Source: Candidatus Hadarchaeota archaeon (GTDB lineage Archaea; Hadarchaeota; Hadarchaeia; Hadarchaeales; JAGGTB01). From it: DNA of 64,000 bases. A model generated the notes under the pieces. It did no database searches. It had not been told where the DNA came from and saw only the letters and a program-made list of their open reading frames with translations. The translations under genes and the position numbers were made by a program. Location of the stretch: NCBI GenBank assembly GCA_964510375.1, contig CAZEBR010000001.1:37207-101206 (forward strand), given 5' to 3'. How positions within the stretch are numbered: the first letter of the stretch is position 1; each line of letters opens with the position of its first letter. Of the stretch, positions 36,801-47,162 are shown in pieces.

Positions 36801-36991
36801 ATCAGTTTGTTCCATGCGGTCCCGAGATGTATCGTCCCACTTGCGTAGGGCGGGCCATCCAGGAAGTACCAGTTCGGGTCATCCTCGTGGACCTCCTTTA
36901 CCTTTTCGTAGATTTTTTCGGAGTTCCACCACTCCTGGATCTCTCCTTCTTTTTCTTCCGCCTTGTACTCTTTCGGAGCTTCTTCTATCAT
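33806..36991 (-). CDS. ileS: Isoleucyl-tRNA synthetase
   Basis: 1061 aa; HIGH-type PYASGTIHLGTAWN motif; KMSKS; editing CP1 domain; archaeal-type C-terminus. Confidence 0.95.
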   Translation of the reverse strand: MIEEAPKEYKAEEKEGEIQEWWNSEKIYEKVKEVHEDDPNWYFLDGPPYASGTIHLGTAWNKLIKDTVLRFKTMQGHDVRRQPGWDCHGLPIEVKVEEKLNIDSKKDIEEEYGIGNFIEECKNWATEHVDIMSDQFKRLGVWMDWEDPYLTFKDDYIETVWWTLKQAEEKGLMEKRSQVIQWCPRCETALAEHEIRGEYRQVKDPSLYARFKLTYTSDEYLLVWTTTPWTIPSNISVAVNPDLNYAKVEVGDDTYILAEALVSKVMGELGIYDYKLVDIVKGEELEGLRYEHPMLKEVPKQNDFKPYHKVITAEHVTIEEGTGCVHTAPGHGEEDFEIGKEYDLPVFSPVGPDGKFTEEAGKYEGIYVKDADDVVLEDLDQKNVLLKSGKIRHSYPHCWRCGTPLIFRATGQWFVDTSQIKSDIIEQNTEKVKWVPDWAQKRFNDGVESVGDWCISRQRFWGVPIPIWSCEECEEKKLISSKEELLQNSDKEFEDIDLHRPDVDKVTIDCPSCNGKMKRIPDVLDVWFDSSVAGWASLDYPRDEETIEELWPSQFITEGEDQVTKWFYGQQVASMIAFDDLPYREALMHGFTLDEEGRKMSKSLGNVVEPSEVVEEYGSDVLRFYMLHTSPVWEDLRFSWDEVEVADRLLKVLWNSFKFATTYMSLDEFDPREMSEEEIEENLMVEDRWILSRIHDTIQTVTRHLEERNFHKATRELESFILEDLSRWYIKLIRRRTWIEEKDPRKEVAYQTLYRVFDILFRLLSPLMPHAAEEMYQKMGMAAEPSRPESVHQLSWPEFDESRVDEQLENDMEAVREYVKAGAKARQRADLKRRWPVKRVIIKADSEDLKESARRLEKILTDQLNCKEVEVLTEEEFRDEVDLRCEVNMESLKDRFDDLAPSIQNVIKNMDLTQIRSQVESQGFVGLTVKGEKVKVGLNDLSLDQLPEELVSAESSYGDVIIDTTVTPELKTERVTRDVVRRMQEMRKEMDLEMEERVNAAIGVESKESKQSLKSKSDYIKQEVRVDNLEIVNPRKVDKKDYKKKWEINDQDFKISLGRTE

Positions 36992-37150
36992 TCGATCACC
37001 GATTTTTATGGTAGGATATTAATTCTTTTTTAGTTTATAGTGCTGTGTGGATAAAAATTTCAACCTTTCTAGCCTTCAATCCTTGTCTTTACTACACCGG
37101 GAGTACTTATAAACGGAATGAAGGGAAACGGAATTTGAGGTTGTCTAGAT

Positions 37151-38122
37151 ATGACCAAAAATCATGAGGTCTGGGTTGAAAGGTATCGTCCCCAACGACT
37201 TTCCGAGATAGTCGGTCAGGATCACATAGTTGAGAGGCTTCAGACTTTCGTAGAAAAGGAATCGCTCCCTCATTTGCTCTTTGCAGGCCCGCCCGGGAAC
37301 GGAAAGACTACCGCGGCTCTGTCGATAGCACGAGAGCTTTTTGGAGATAGTTGGAACAGGAACTTTTTGGAACTGAATGCCTCAGACGAGCGTGGGATAG
37401 ACACGATTAGAACCAGAGTCAAGGAGAATGCGAGGACCAGACCGGTAGGGGAGGTTCCGTACAAGATAATCTATCTGGACGAATCCGATGCCCTCACTTC
37501 GGACGCGCAGAACGCCCTTCGCCGAACGATGGAGATGTATTCAGACACCTGCAGGTTCATCTTGGCCTGCAACTATTCGAGCAAAATTATCGAACCGATC
37601 CAGTCGAGATGTGCCGTGTTCAGATTCAGGAGACTGGCTGACGAGGATATTCAGGGGGTTCTGGAAAGAATTGCGGATGAGGAGGATATTGATTTGACTG
37701 GTGAGGGTGTAGAGGCCATAATATACGTGTCCGAGGGGGATATGCGCAGGGCCATAAACGTCCTGCAAGCAGCCTCCGCTTTAAAAGAGAGAATAGATGA
37801 AGATGTAATTTATCAGGTAAGCGCGACTGCCAGTCCGGGCGAGGTCAAGGAAATGATGGATCTCGCTCTGAACGGGGAATTTGAGAAATCCAGAAAGAAG
37901 CTGATGGATCTTCTAATAAATCAGGGACTGGCCGGTGACGATGTGCTCCAGCAGATGCATAAGGAAGTATCTAACTTGGATATACCGGACCCCATGAAGG
38001 TCAAGCTAATAGATCGGATAGGGGAGTTCGACTTCAGGATGGTCGAGGGTGCGAGCGAGCGGATACAATTGGAGGCGGCCTTGGCCCACCTATCTCGATT
38101 GGGAAACCGTATGAGATCATAG
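37151..38122 (+). CDS. rfcS: Replication factor C small subunit
   Basis: 323 aa; RYRPQRLSEIVGQ, GPPGNGKTT, DESDAL, SRC motif (QSRCAVFRF); no intein. Confidence 0.9.
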   Translation: MTKNHEVWVERYRPQRLSEIVGQDHIVERLQTFVEKESLPHLLFAGPPGNGKTTAALSIARELFGDSWNRNFLELNASDERGIDTIRTRVKENARTRPVGEVPYKIIYLDESDALTSDAQNALRRTMEMYSDTCRFILACNYSSKIIEPIQSRCAVFRFRRLADEDIQGVLERIADEEDIDLTGEGVEAIIYVSEGDMRRAINVLQAASALKERIDEDVIYQVSATASPGEVKEMMDLALNGEFEKSRKKLMDLLINQGLAGDDVLQQMHKEVSNLDIPDPMKVKLIDRIGEFDFRMVEGASERIQLEAALAHLSRLGNRMRS

Positions 38123-38271
38123 CTTTCGCTATTTCTTTATACGAAAAACACTTTTTCACGCAATATCCCTGTTAAGATTGTTTTTTTGCTGATATCTTGA
38201 TGAACAAAAAATATTATTAGATTCACTATAGAATATAACAGGATAATAGCATTGTTGAGGGAGGTGAAATT

Positions 38272-38943
38272 ATGAATGAAGAAGATGGCATGCCGCTTAT
38301 TGGGGACAAGTTCCCGGAAATGGAAGTTAAAACGACCTTCGGGGATAAGAAGCTTCCCGACGACTACGAGGGGAAGTGGCTCTTGCTATTCTCGCATCCG
38401 GGTGATTTTACGCCCGTCTGCACTACGGAATTCTACTCTTTCCAGAAGAGGTACGAGGACTTCAAAGATCTTAATACGGAACTGATAGGGCTCAGTATAG
38501 ATCAGGTACACAGTCATATGAAGTGGGCCGAGTGGATCGAAGACAATCTAGGAGAGGAAATCAAGTTTCCAATAATTGCTGATGACCGGGGAAAAGTGGC
38601 CGAAAAATTGGGCCTTATTCATCCCGGGGCAGGAACAGCAACCGTCAGGGCCGTATTTATCGTCGATCCGGAGTCTACCATCAGGGCGATACTTTACTAT
38701 CCCGCGGAGCTCGGAAGAAACATGGACGAGTTTATCAGGATGATTAAGGGTTTCCAAGTGTCAGACGAACAAGGCGTGGCTATTCCTGCGAATTGGCCGG
38801 AGAACGAGCTTATGGTTGATGACGTTATTATTCCGCCAGCCAGCGACGTTGAAACTGCAAAGGATCGTCTTGAAAAGGCGGATGCTGGCGAGTTTGACTG
38901 TTACGACTGGTGGCTCTGTCACAAGAAGCTCGATGCTGACTGA
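38272..38943 (+). CDS. Peroxiredoxin (Prx6-type thioredoxin peroxidase)
   Basis: FTPVCTTE peroxidatic Cys motif; 223 aa; C-terminal CHKKLD-type region. Confidence 0.85.
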   Translation: MNEEDGMPLIGDKFPEMEVKTTFGDKKLPDDYEGKWLLLFSHPGDFTPVCTTEFYSFQKRYEDFKDLNTELIGLSIDQVHSHMKWAEWIEDNLGEEIKFPIIADDRGKVAEKLGLIHPGAGTATVRAVFIVDPESTIRAILYYPAELGRNMDEFIRMIKGFQVSDEQGVAIPANWPENELMVDDVIIPPASDVETAKDRLEKADAGEFDCYDWWLCHKKLDAD

Positions 38944-39050
38944 TCTCGTAGAAAAGCAACTAGTTTGTGTAGGTGCCGGAATAGGATTGAGTAAATTAAC
39001 TGTTAGTAAAAGCAGGGAATACCCTATCTCTTTTATTTATTACTAATTCT

Positions 39051-39884
39051 CTAGGAGTAATAGTCCCTAAGGTTTACTGTAACAACTTTTCCCATTTCCA
39101 GATTTGCCAGCTCCGCCGCTTTTGAAACGGCTTCCTTATATCCTCCGATATTGTCTATCAGTTTGTATTGGATGGCCTTTTTCCCGGTTATTGTTGAACC
39201 GTCCTTTACGAGGTCGATATAGTTTTCCGTTCTAGGCCGGTTCTTGGTTACTATTTGAAAGAGTTCTTGTTCGTAGCTTTCCACTATGTTTTGTATTATT
39301 TGATTTTCTTCGGCCGTGGGTTTACGGTAAGGTGCGAACATGTCCTTTTCCTCCCCTGTTTTCCAGACGAAGTAATCTATCCCCTGATCGTCGTAGTAAT
39401 CCTCGTAACTGATCCACGTTGCTATTACTCCCAAACCGGCTGTGGTTGTCTGCTCGTAGGCGTAGACTTCGTCCGATGCCGAAGCTATTACGTATGCTCC
39501 CGACGTCGCATATTCTTGGAGGCTAGTCACCACGGGTTTCTTGTTTTCGAGCTTCGAAATTGATGTTTCAGTCTGGAATGTTCCTTTGACGGAACCCCCT
39601 GGACTGTTTATTCTCAGAACTACCGCCTCTATCGAAGGGTCTGTTCTAGCTTTTTCTGCCAGTTTAGCGTAGTCAAATCCATTTATTTCTCCTCCTATGT
39701 TTATGACCCCTACCTTTGAAGGCGCCGACGGTTGGCTGGAATAAAAAACAAAAGCCCCTACAACGATTATCATAGCCGCGGCAAATAACGCTGCTATTTT
39801 CATATTTCCGGTTTTGCTCTTTTCCTTTGTCTCGATCTTTTCCGGTTCTCTCTTTCTGCTTGGAATGCCCTTTCTACTCATCAT
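39051..39884 (-). CDS. sppA: Signal peptide peptidase SppA (S49 family, 36K type)
   Basis: N-terminal TM anchor then S49 fold with NSPGGSV catalytic-Ser region. Confidence 0.7.
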   Translation of the reverse strand: MMSRKGIPSRKREPEKIETKEKSKTGNMKIAALFAAAMIIVVGAFVFYSSQPSAPSKVGVINIGGEINGFDYAKLAEKARTDPSIEAVVLRINSPGGSVKGTFQTETSISKLENKKPVVTSLQEYATSGAYVIASASDEVYAYEQTTTAGLGVIATWISYEDYYDDQGIDYFVWKTGEEKDMFAPYRKPTAEENQIIQNIVESYEQELFQIVTKNRPRTENYIDLVKDGSTITGKKAIQYKLIDNIGGYKEAVSKAAELANLEMGKVVTVNLRDYYS

Positions 39885-39977
39885 TTCCTCCGTTTTGAGT
39901 ATGGCGAAAAGGAAGTAAATAATTTCGGCCTAGGAAGATTTTAACTTACATGATTCCGATTTTTCTTAGGGATCGAA

Positions 39978-42401
39978 ATGCGTGGGCTGTTGCTGGATAC
40001 TGATTACCTGAAAAGACGAGATCCTCCCTCCATGAGATTGTTCATAAAGAAGGACGGGGAAGTAATAACTGCTCTCGACCCTAATTATCGGGATTACTTC
40101 TACGTTTTGACTGAAGACCCCGAGGCTCTGAAAGGAGCGATAGAGAAGATTGAGGCGGACAGGCGCGGCGAAAAGGTTGAACCCTCGAAGGTGGAGATAG
40201 TTGAAAAAAATTTGCTTGGACAGCCCAGGGAAGTAATCAAAGTTGTCGCCAGTAATCCGCTGGAGGTAAATCCCCTCAAGGAGGAGATTTGGGACCTTCC
40301 GAAGGTCGAAGATGTTCTTGAACACGATATCACCACTGCGAAAAAGTATCTAATCGATCATGAGCTGAAGCCGATGACCGGCGTGAAAGTTGAGGGCCAA
40401 GTAAAGGAGGATGATAATGGCAAAAAGATAATTTTGGGGAAACCTCCCGAGCCCGTCGACGACGTGGATGAGGAACTGAATCTCGTGGCCTTCGATATCG
40501 AGACCTATAACCCGGAAGGGAACCCCAGGCCCGAGGAGGATCCCATTATCATGCTAAGCCTCGTTGACGACGAGGGTTTTGAAAAGGTCCTTACTTGGAG
40601 GGATTTCGACTCGGACCACGACTATGTCGAGGTTGTAGAGGACGAGCGAGAATTGCTCGAAAGGTTCATTCAAATCGTGAGGGAGAAGGATTTCGATATA
40701 ATTATGGGGTATAACACGGATCTTTTCGATTTTCCATATCTGAGGGAGAGGGCCGATAATCTTAATATCAGCCTTGAGCTTGGCAGGAACGGCGAAGAAG
40801 TAAAGTCTCACAGGCGCCGTTTTGAAACCGTTACTAGGGTACCGGGAAGACCCCACATTGATGTTTATGCTTTGGTGGACTTTCTCTCGAAAATAGGTGC
40901 GATAAGGTTGATCGATTACTCGCTGGAGAACGTTTACGAGCATATGATAGGGGAAACTAAACCCGATTTGGAGGGCAGCGAGATTTCTGTGGCTTGGGAC
41001 GAGGGCGAGAGTAGGGGTAGAGAACTCTTGGAGTATTCGCTGTCGGATTCCGGGGGGACTCTGGAACTCGGAATAGAGATTTTTCCGCTCGTCAGAGAAC
41101 TCAGTCGAACCGTCCATCAGTCTCTGTTTGATGTCAGCAGGATGACCTCCGGCCAGCTAGTGGAATGGCTTCTCATCTACAAAGCTCATCAAATCGACGA
41201 GCTCGTTCCGACTCGCCCGGTTGGTGACGAGTATCAAAGGAGGCGTAGGCAGAGTTATATTGGGGGCTACGTGATGGAGCCTGAGAAGGGGCTTTACGAG
41301 AACTTGGTCGTTTTCGACTTCAGGTCCCTGTACCCTACTATAATAGTCACTCATAACATCGATCCGGCGGCGCTGAATTGTGATTGTTGCGACTCCGACG
41401 AGACGGTAAAGGCTCCAAACCTCGAGTACGAATTCTGCCAAAAAGAGAGGGGTTTCATCCCCGAAACTCTGAAAGAACTCGTAAAGAGCAGGGCGGACCT
41501 AAAGGAGCAGATGAGTCAGATCGAGGAGGGGACGAAAGAATATCAATCCGTCTACAATCGCCAGTGGGCGCTCAAGATAATCGCAAATTCATTCTACGGA
41601 ATGTTGGGTTACGCCAGAGCGAGGTGGTACTCGAAAGAATGTGCGGAAAGCGTTACGAGCTTCGGCCGTCACTACATTAAGAATACTATAGAAAGGGCCG
41701 AGGACGAGGGATTTGAGGTGGTTTATGGGGATACGGACAGTCTCCTCTGCAAGGTCGGCGATAAGAGCAGGGATGAAGTGGAGGAATTTCTAGAGAAGGT
41801 AAACGACGACATGCCCGGAATGATGGAGCTGGAATTGGAAGATTACTTCAAGAGGGGGGTTTTCATCGCAAAGAAGCGCTACGCTATGGTCAGCGAGGAA
41901 GGAAAAATGGAGGTGAAGGGTTTGGAGTTCGTCAGGAGAGATTGGGCGGCTCTAGCAAAGAGGACTCAGGAGGAAGTGCTTAAGGCAATATTGCACGACG
42001 GCTCACCGGAAAAGGCCGCCGAGATCGTCCAAGAGGTAACGAAGGACGTGGAGCAGGGGAGGGTTGACTTGGAGGATCTTATTATCCATACCCAGCTGAA
42101 AAAACCAATCGAGGATTACAAGTCGGAAGGTCCTCACGTCGTCGCCGCTAAGAGGCTGAAGGAGAGGGGGAAGGAGATAGAGCCGGGAATGACGATCCGG
42201 TATATAGTAGAGAAGGGTTCCGGAAACGTGAGCGATCATGCGATTCCGGTTTCAATGTTTGGCGATAGGGAGTACAGTCCGGATTATTATATCGAGCACC
42301 AGATTTTGCCGGCCGTCATGAGGGTTATGGAGGTTCTGGGCTACACCGAAGAAGAATTGAGGTACGAGGAAACTAAACAGACGAAGTTGGGAACCTTTTG
42401 A
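39978..42401 (+). CDS. polB: Family B DNA polymerase
   Basis: 807 aa; exonuclease motifs (FDIET), polymerase motifs DFRSLYPTII, KIIANSFYG, YGDTDS; no inteins. Confidence 0.95.
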   Translation: MRGLLLDTDYLKRRDPPSMRLFIKKDGEVITALDPNYRDYFYVLTEDPEALKGAIEKIEADRRGEKVEPSKVEIVEKNLLGQPREVIKVVASNPLEVNPLKEEIWDLPKVEDVLEHDITTAKKYLIDHELKPMTGVKVEGQVKEDDNGKKIILGKPPEPVDDVDEELNLVAFDIETYNPEGNPRPEEDPIIMLSLVDDEGFEKVLTWRDFDSDHDYVEVVEDERELLERFIQIVREKDFDIIMGYNTDLFDFPYLRERADNLNISLELGRNGEEVKSHRRRFETVTRVPGRPHIDVYALVDFLSKIGAIRLIDYSLENVYEHMIGETKPDLEGSEISVAWDEGESRGRELLEYSLSDSGGTLELGIEIFPLVRELSRTVHQSLFDVSRMTSGQLVEWLLIYKAHQIDELVPTRPVGDEYQRRRRQSYIGGYVMEPEKGLYENLVVFDFRSLYPTIIVTHNIDPAALNCDCCDSDETVKAPNLEYEFCQKERGFIPETLKELVKSRADLKEQMSQIEEGTKEYQSVYNRQWALKIIANSFYGMLGYARARWYSKECAESVTSFGRHYIKNTIERAEDEGFEVVYGDTDSLLCKVGDKSRDEVEEFLEKVNDDMPGMMELELEDYFKRGVFIAKKRYAMVSEEGKMEVKGLEFVRRDWAALAKRTQEEVLKAILHDGSPEKAAEIVQEVTKDVEQGRVDLEDLIIHTQLKKPIEDYKSEGPHVVAAKRLKERGKEIEPGMTIRYIVEKGSGNVSDHAIPVSMFGDREYSPDYYIEHQILPAVMRVMEVLGYTEEELRYEETKQTKLGTF

Positions 42402-42519
42402 TAGCATCGATTTCCAGCTTTACGGCTCCGAATGATGAATGACCCCACCTTGGTCGATTTTTTCCTGCTTTTTCCGGAGACCATATACTTTTATTGTAGA
42501 TAAATAGTAACAGAATTCG

Positions 42520-43548
42520 ATGTCGAAAAAATTGAGCGATGAAGAAATCGAAAAGTATCGAGAAGCTGGCAGGATAGTATCTCAGGCTCTGGAGCATGCC
42601 CGGGAGATGATAGAGCCCGGAAAAAAACTGATTACGATAGCCGAAGAAGTGGAGAATCTAATAGAAGAGGAAGGTGCCAGACCGGCATTTCCTTGTAATA
42701 TTTCAATAAACGAAAAAGCCGCTCATTATACCCCTCCTATGGAGGATGACACGGAAGTGCAAGCTGGAGATATGGTTAAAGTGGACGTGGGTGCCCACGT
42801 CGACGGTTACATCGGCGATTCGGCGATAACGGTCAAAGCAGGTGTTTCTGAAAGCGAGGATTCTGAGCCCGAAGGGGAAGAACCGGAATCCGTAAATGAT
42901 CAAACCGATACCGAAGGTGAAGAGTCGGAAGTATCTGAAGAGGAATCCGAGGAGGAACCAGGTTCCGAGAAGGATGATATGATAGAAGTCGTCGAGGAAG
43001 TTTTGGAGGAGGCTCTCGATATGGTGGAGCCCGGTGTCGGAGTGAATGAAATAGGGAAAAAGATCGAAGAGACTGCTGAAAATTTGGGATATAGACCGAT
43101 TAGTAACTTGACGGGTCACAATCTCAAACGTGGATCCTTGCATGGAGGTAAAACGATACCGAATGTCGAGAAGGAAGATTCGGACGAAGAACTAGAAGAG
43201 GGCGAGGTTGTGGCGATAGAACCTTTTATAACTACTGGGGAGGGGGAAGTTGAAGATATGCCAGAAGTGTATATATTTAGATATTTGGGAAGCAAGAACG
43301 TCTCCGGGCGGATGGCTCGGCGCACGCTCAAACAGATTCGTAACAAGTACGGAAATCTTCCCTTCGCCGAAAGATGGCTCGCCGAGGACTTGTCAAGGAT
43401 TTGGTTACAGATGACCTTGCGGGAGCTCTTATCTTCAGAGGCCTTACATCCGTATTACGTTTTGAAGGAAGTCGAGGATGGAGTGGTTGCTCAGGCCGAG
43501 CATACTGCAATCGTGACCGAGGACGGTTGCGAAATAACGACGCGATAA
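42520..43548 (+). CDS. map: Methionine aminopeptidase type 2 with ~45-aa acidic insertion
   Basis: Pita-bread fold motifs (FPCNISINEKAAHYTP, DMVKVDVGAHVDGY, EHTAIVTEDG); 342 aa versus ~295 typical because of SESEDSEPEGEEPES...EEESEEEPGSEKDD insert. Confidence 0.85.
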   Translation: MSKKLSDEEIEKYREAGRIVSQALEHAREMIEPGKKLITIAEEVENLIEEEGARPAFPCNISINEKAAHYTPPMEDDTEVQAGDMVKVDVGAHVDGYIGDSAITVKAGVSESEDSEPEGEEPESVNDQTDTEGEESEVSEEESEEEPGSEKDDMIEVVEEVLEEALDMVEPGVGVNEIGKKIEETAENLGYRPISNLTGHNLKRGSLHGGKTIPNVEKEDSDEELEEGEVVAIEPFITTGEGEVEDMPEVYIFRYLGSKNVSGRMARRTLKQIRNKYGNLPFAERWLAEDLSRIWLQMTLRELLSSEALHPYYVLKEVEDGVVAQAEHTAIVTEDGCEITTR

Positions 43549-43558
43549 AAAGAGATTT

Positions 43559-44245
43559 TTACCCGGTTTTTTCGAGTAGTATCATTGCGTGGTCTTCTTC
43601 GTAAGGGTCCAACAGTTTTGAATCGATAATTTTCATTTCTTTTTCGAGCCTTTCTATTTCCTCTTCGAAGATTTCTTGAGGGTCCTTTGTTACATTTATG
43701 CTTCGGGCCTTCAATGCAAGTAACACGTAGCCTTTTTCCCTGAGAAAAGCTTCCGCGTTTTTCAGCACGATACTCGTCTGTTCCGGATGAGCGATGTCCT
43801 GATACAAGACGTCCACCTGTTCCACCATAGTCCGATATTCCTGTATGTTTTGGGCGTCTGCCAAGATAGGCGCTATATTGGGTCGCTCCTTACAAGTTGC
43901 CAGAAGGTCCCTGACGGGGCGCGACGATATTTCGACGCCGTAAACGATTCCGTCTCCCCCGACTATATCGGAGACGTGGCTGGGGGTCGTTCCGCTCGCG
44001 GCACCCAGGTAAAGTACTTTGGAGCCTATATTTATAGGGACTCTTTCGATTTCTTCAAAAATAGCAGCTGCCAGTTTGCTCCTGTAAGGGTTCCATATTC
44101 TGTACTCTTCCCCATCGAACTCGATCAGCTTTTCGTCGTAAACTTGATGACCCGGGGCAAGATTTTTTGTGGCTAGCCGAGTTTCCTCCCCCTCGAGATT
44201 TACCCAGTATACGCCTTCGAACTTTTCGTGAGTTTCTACATTCAT
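43559..44245 (-). CDS. flpA: Fibrillarin (C/D box sRNP 2'-O-methyltransferase)
   Basis: 228 aa; VLYLGAASGTTPSHVSD SAM motif; adjacent to nop5. Confidence 0.9.
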   Translation of the reverse strand: MNVETHEKFEGVYWVNLEGEETRLATKNLAPGHQVYDEKLIEFDGEEYRIWNPYRSKLAAAIFEEIERVPINIGSKVLYLGAASGTTPSHVSDIVGGDGIVYGVEISSRPVRDLLATCKERPNIAPILADAQNIQEYRTMVEQVDVLYQDIAHPEQTSIVLKNAEAFLREKGYVLLALKARSINVTKDPQEIFEEEIERLEKEMKIIDSKLLDPYEEDHAMILLEKTG

Positions 44246-44252
44246 CTTCCTG

Positions 44253-45392
44253 TCACCCTTCCTGCTTTATGGATTCTATTCTCTCGTCAAGCTCTTCCTT
44301 AAGCCTTTCACCGATATATCTGCCTGACGTGGAATCAACTCTGGCAGCGATACTCAGCTTTCCGGCCAGTGCTCTGGCTATTTTTCCCCTTATCGACTTT
44401 GGAGAGTTCCGTATATCGGGATGTTGGAATATTACACCATGTTTTGGGGGTTTGGAGCCCGTCTTGAGTGACCTGAATAGGGCTTTTTCCGCTCCGAGAA
44501 CTTGAACCGTACTGGACGGCATCTTGGCCAAGTCCTCCAACCCCCCGGCGATGGAGATTAGCCTGGCTCCTATCAAACTCCCGACGAGTTTCTTTATATT
44601 TGGGGCGACTTTTTCCATCAGTTCTTCCACGTAGTCCGAGGTCTCCTCACGGGCTTTTTCCAATTCACGAATTTTTTCTGCAGTTCTTTGGATGGTTTCG
44701 ATATCCGTCTCATCGAAGTCGGCACCGATGGAGTCCTGCGAGTCTCTCTCTAATTCGCTGGCGTCCTCCTCGGAAATTCCGATATCCGTTAGTTTCTCTT
44801 TTGTAAAGTTTTCTCTCCCGCCAAGCTTTCCCACTAACTCTAAGTATTTGGATGGCTCATCGATTTTTCTTTGTAGCTCGGGGAAGTGTATTCCGTACCA
44901 ATCCCTTATTTTCTCAAAGAGGGTGTTAATTGATTTGTCCAATTCGTCGATTGTGTTAATGGCTTCCATGATTATTTTGTCCTTCTCAGAGACCTCTTTC
45001 TTTACTCTATTTCTGGTTATCAACACGTTTACGTCCCTGAGAAATCTAGTCATGTCTTCTATTGAGGATCCCTTCGATATCTTACGCATGGATTCTCGAA
45101 GTTTTTTCCCCGCCCTGCTTGGGACTTCGACTACGAAGGAAATTCCTTCAAAATCTTTGCTTAACTCCGAGGCCATTTTTTCCGATTCTACGATGAATTC
45201 TTCGTGACCTTCTGCAATGAGTTTCTCTATAAGCTCCTTTTGTTCGCTAACTGGAACTTCGTTTCTCAATGTCATGAGTTTTTCTGAAACTTCCTTTGGA
45301 TTATTTGGGAACAGTTTTGAATTTACTATCTTCTCACAGTTTTCGTCGTAAGCAAAAACTCCCAAAGGACATTCGCTTATATATAATGCCAT
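44253..45392 (-). CDS. nop5: Nop56/58 (Nop5) C/D box sRNP protein
   Basis: 379 aa; NOP domain (KALFRSLKTGSKPPKHGVIFQHP...); coiled-coil middle; operon with fibrillarin. Confidence 0.85.
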   Translation of the reverse strand: MALYISECPLGVFAYDENCEKIVNSKLFPNNPKEVSEKLMTLRNEVPVSEQKELIEKLIAEGHEEFIVESEKMASELSKDFEGISFVVEVPSRAGKKLRESMRKISKGSSIEDMTRFLRDVNVLITRNRVKKEVSEKDKIIMEAINTIDELDKSINTLFEKIRDWYGIHFPELQRKIDEPSKYLELVGKLGGRENFTKEKLTDIGISEEDASELERDSQDSIGADFDETDIETIQRTAEKIRELEKAREETSDYVEELMEKVAPNIKKLVGSLIGARLISIAGGLEDLAKMPSSTVQVLGAEKALFRSLKTGSKPPKHGVIFQHPDIRNSPKSIRGKIARALAGKLSIAARVDSTSGRYIGERLKEELDERIESIKQEG

Positions 45393-45542
45393 AACTTTTC
45401 ATCCTCCACTTATTTTCTAGCTCGTAACATAAAAAGAATCTGTGCCTGGTGTCTTGGAAGAAAATGAGAAAATTATTAAAAAATGTGGAATTTTTGCGTT
45501 CTACCTATTGAAATCCTCGATTGTCGATATTAAAAGACGATT

Positions 45543-46556
45543 TTACAGTTTTTCGGATCTTAAGTCCACCGTGTCTTCGATTTCTGGCCCCGTGGATACC
45601 AGGGTGATGGGAACTTCCAATTCTTTTTCTACCTTCTCCATGAATTTTTTGGCTTCATCGGTCAGATTTTCTTTTTCTTGGACTCCCTCGTTTCCGTCGA
45701 AAAGCCTGTCGACGTTGGTCATCGCTATTTGGGTAGCACCGTTTATCATGACGGATCTTTTCGCCAGTTCGAAATCGAACTCTCCTATTCTTCTTTTTCG
45801 ACCGGTCACCGTCGCGTATTCCGCGATACCTTTTTCCTCTGCTTTCTCTTGAGATATTTCGGTCGGGAAGGGCCCCTCTCCGACCCTACTTACGTAAGGT
45901 TTCATGACCACTATTACGTCGTCGATGTTTGTAGGTCCCACTCCAACGTCGGCGGCGAGTGAACTAGCAGCTACGTCCTTACTGGTAACGTAAGGATAGG
46001 TTCCGAAGTAAAGCGATAATCCAAAGCCTTGGGAGCCTTCTATGAGTACTTTTTCTCCGTTTTCAATGGCATCGTTCATAGTTTTTGGAACGTCCTTGAT
46101 GTAGTCTTCGAGTTCTTCGATCTCTCTAGCAAGTTTAATAGATCTATTTGCTCTCTCGGCGTTAGCTGGACCGCAACCAGTTCCTGTGGTTCCGATTTCG
46201 TCCTCCAGGTGTTCTGAACTCCGGTCTTCTTCGATATGTTTCTGTTCGATGATTGCGCACTGAGGATCTATCCCCACGCGGTCCTCGATACCTGTTTTTT
46301 CGATTTCCTCCAGAACTACCTCCGGATTTACGAGTACGCCGGGCCCGATGAGAATCTCCGCTTTCTCTTGGACGAATCCACAGGAGATTTCTCTAAGCCC
46401 GAGCTCTTCGCCTTTCCAGAAAACGGTGTGTCCAGCATTTGGGCCGACTCCGCTACGTCCAACTTTAGTTGGTTCGTCTTCTAGGGCTAAATAGGAGGAT
46501 AGTTTTCCCTTTCCTTCGTCACCCCATTGTCCACCGGTTATGATTGTACAGGGCAA
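45543..46556 (-). CDS. purA: Adenylosuccinate synthetase (short archaeal type)
   Basis: [12 protein letters not shown]-loop, GTTGTGCGP; GGAGGTG RBS 7 nt upstream of TTG at 46556 (ORF track start 46595 is probably an N-terminal over-extension). Confidence 0.9.
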   Translation of the reverse strand: MPCTIITGGQWGDEGKGKLSSYLALEDEPTKVGRSGVGPNAGHTVFWKGEELGLREISCGFVQEKAEILIGPGVLVNPEVVLEEIEKTGIEDRVGIDPQCAIIEQKHIEEDRSSEHLEDEIGTTGTGCGPANAERANRSIKLAREIEELEDYIKDVPKTMNDAIENGEKVLIEGSQGFGLSLYFGTYPYVTSKDVAASSLAADVGVGPTNIDDVIVVMKPYVSRVGEGPFPTEISQEKAEEKGIAEYATVTGRKRRIGEFDFELAKRSVMINGATQIAMTNVDRLFDGNEGVQEKENLTDEAKKFMEKVEKELEVPITLVSTGPEIEDTVDLRSEKL

Positions 46557-46869
46557 ATTATGACACCTCCAAATCCGTATATACCGACCCTTCAACTGTT
46601 TTAACTGTTTTTCCTTTCTCAGTTTAAACTCATCCCCTGATGGGTATTCTAACGTCCCCTGATTTTTCTAGAAATGGAAAGAGTAATAAGGCATGATAAC
46701 ATTATTTGAGTTTTTACTATCGTTTGTTTTTGCACATTATACAGCAAGTTTTCGTTCTTTTTAGATATCTGCTAATAATTTAGATATAAAAAGGAAAGAC
46801 TTAAAAACTATCTCTAAAGACTAATTTTAACTGTAAAAAGAATCTACAAATTAAAAAGGAGGAGATAAA

Positions 46870-47070
46870 GTGACTGAATTACCAATTGCTGCAGTTGATC
46901 GGATTATAAGAAAGGCAGGCGCAAGAAGAGTTAGTGAAAGTGCTGCTGAAGAATTGGCAGAAGTACTCGAAGACCAAGCACTAGAAATAGCTGGCGAAGC
47001 AACGGAACTAGCAGACCACGCTGGCAGAAAGACTGTGAGAGATACGGATATACGCCTAGCATCCAAATAG
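46870..47070 (+). CDS. Archaeal histone (HMf-like histone fold)
   Basis: 66 aa; [31 protein letters not shown]...[14 protein letters not shown]; GTG start with GGAGATAAAG RBS; long AT-rich promoter upstream. Confidence 0.85.
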   Translation: MTELPIAAVDRIIRKAGARRVSESAAEELAEVLEDQALEIAGEATELADHAGRKTVRDTDIRLASK

Positions 47071-47162
47071 CTAAATTCTTCCTAACATATTTTTTCTCTT
47101 TTATTTTTCTGAATAGATTAATTCTAAATACGAGTTTGTAAAAGTGTATTCTAGGGTAAGAG

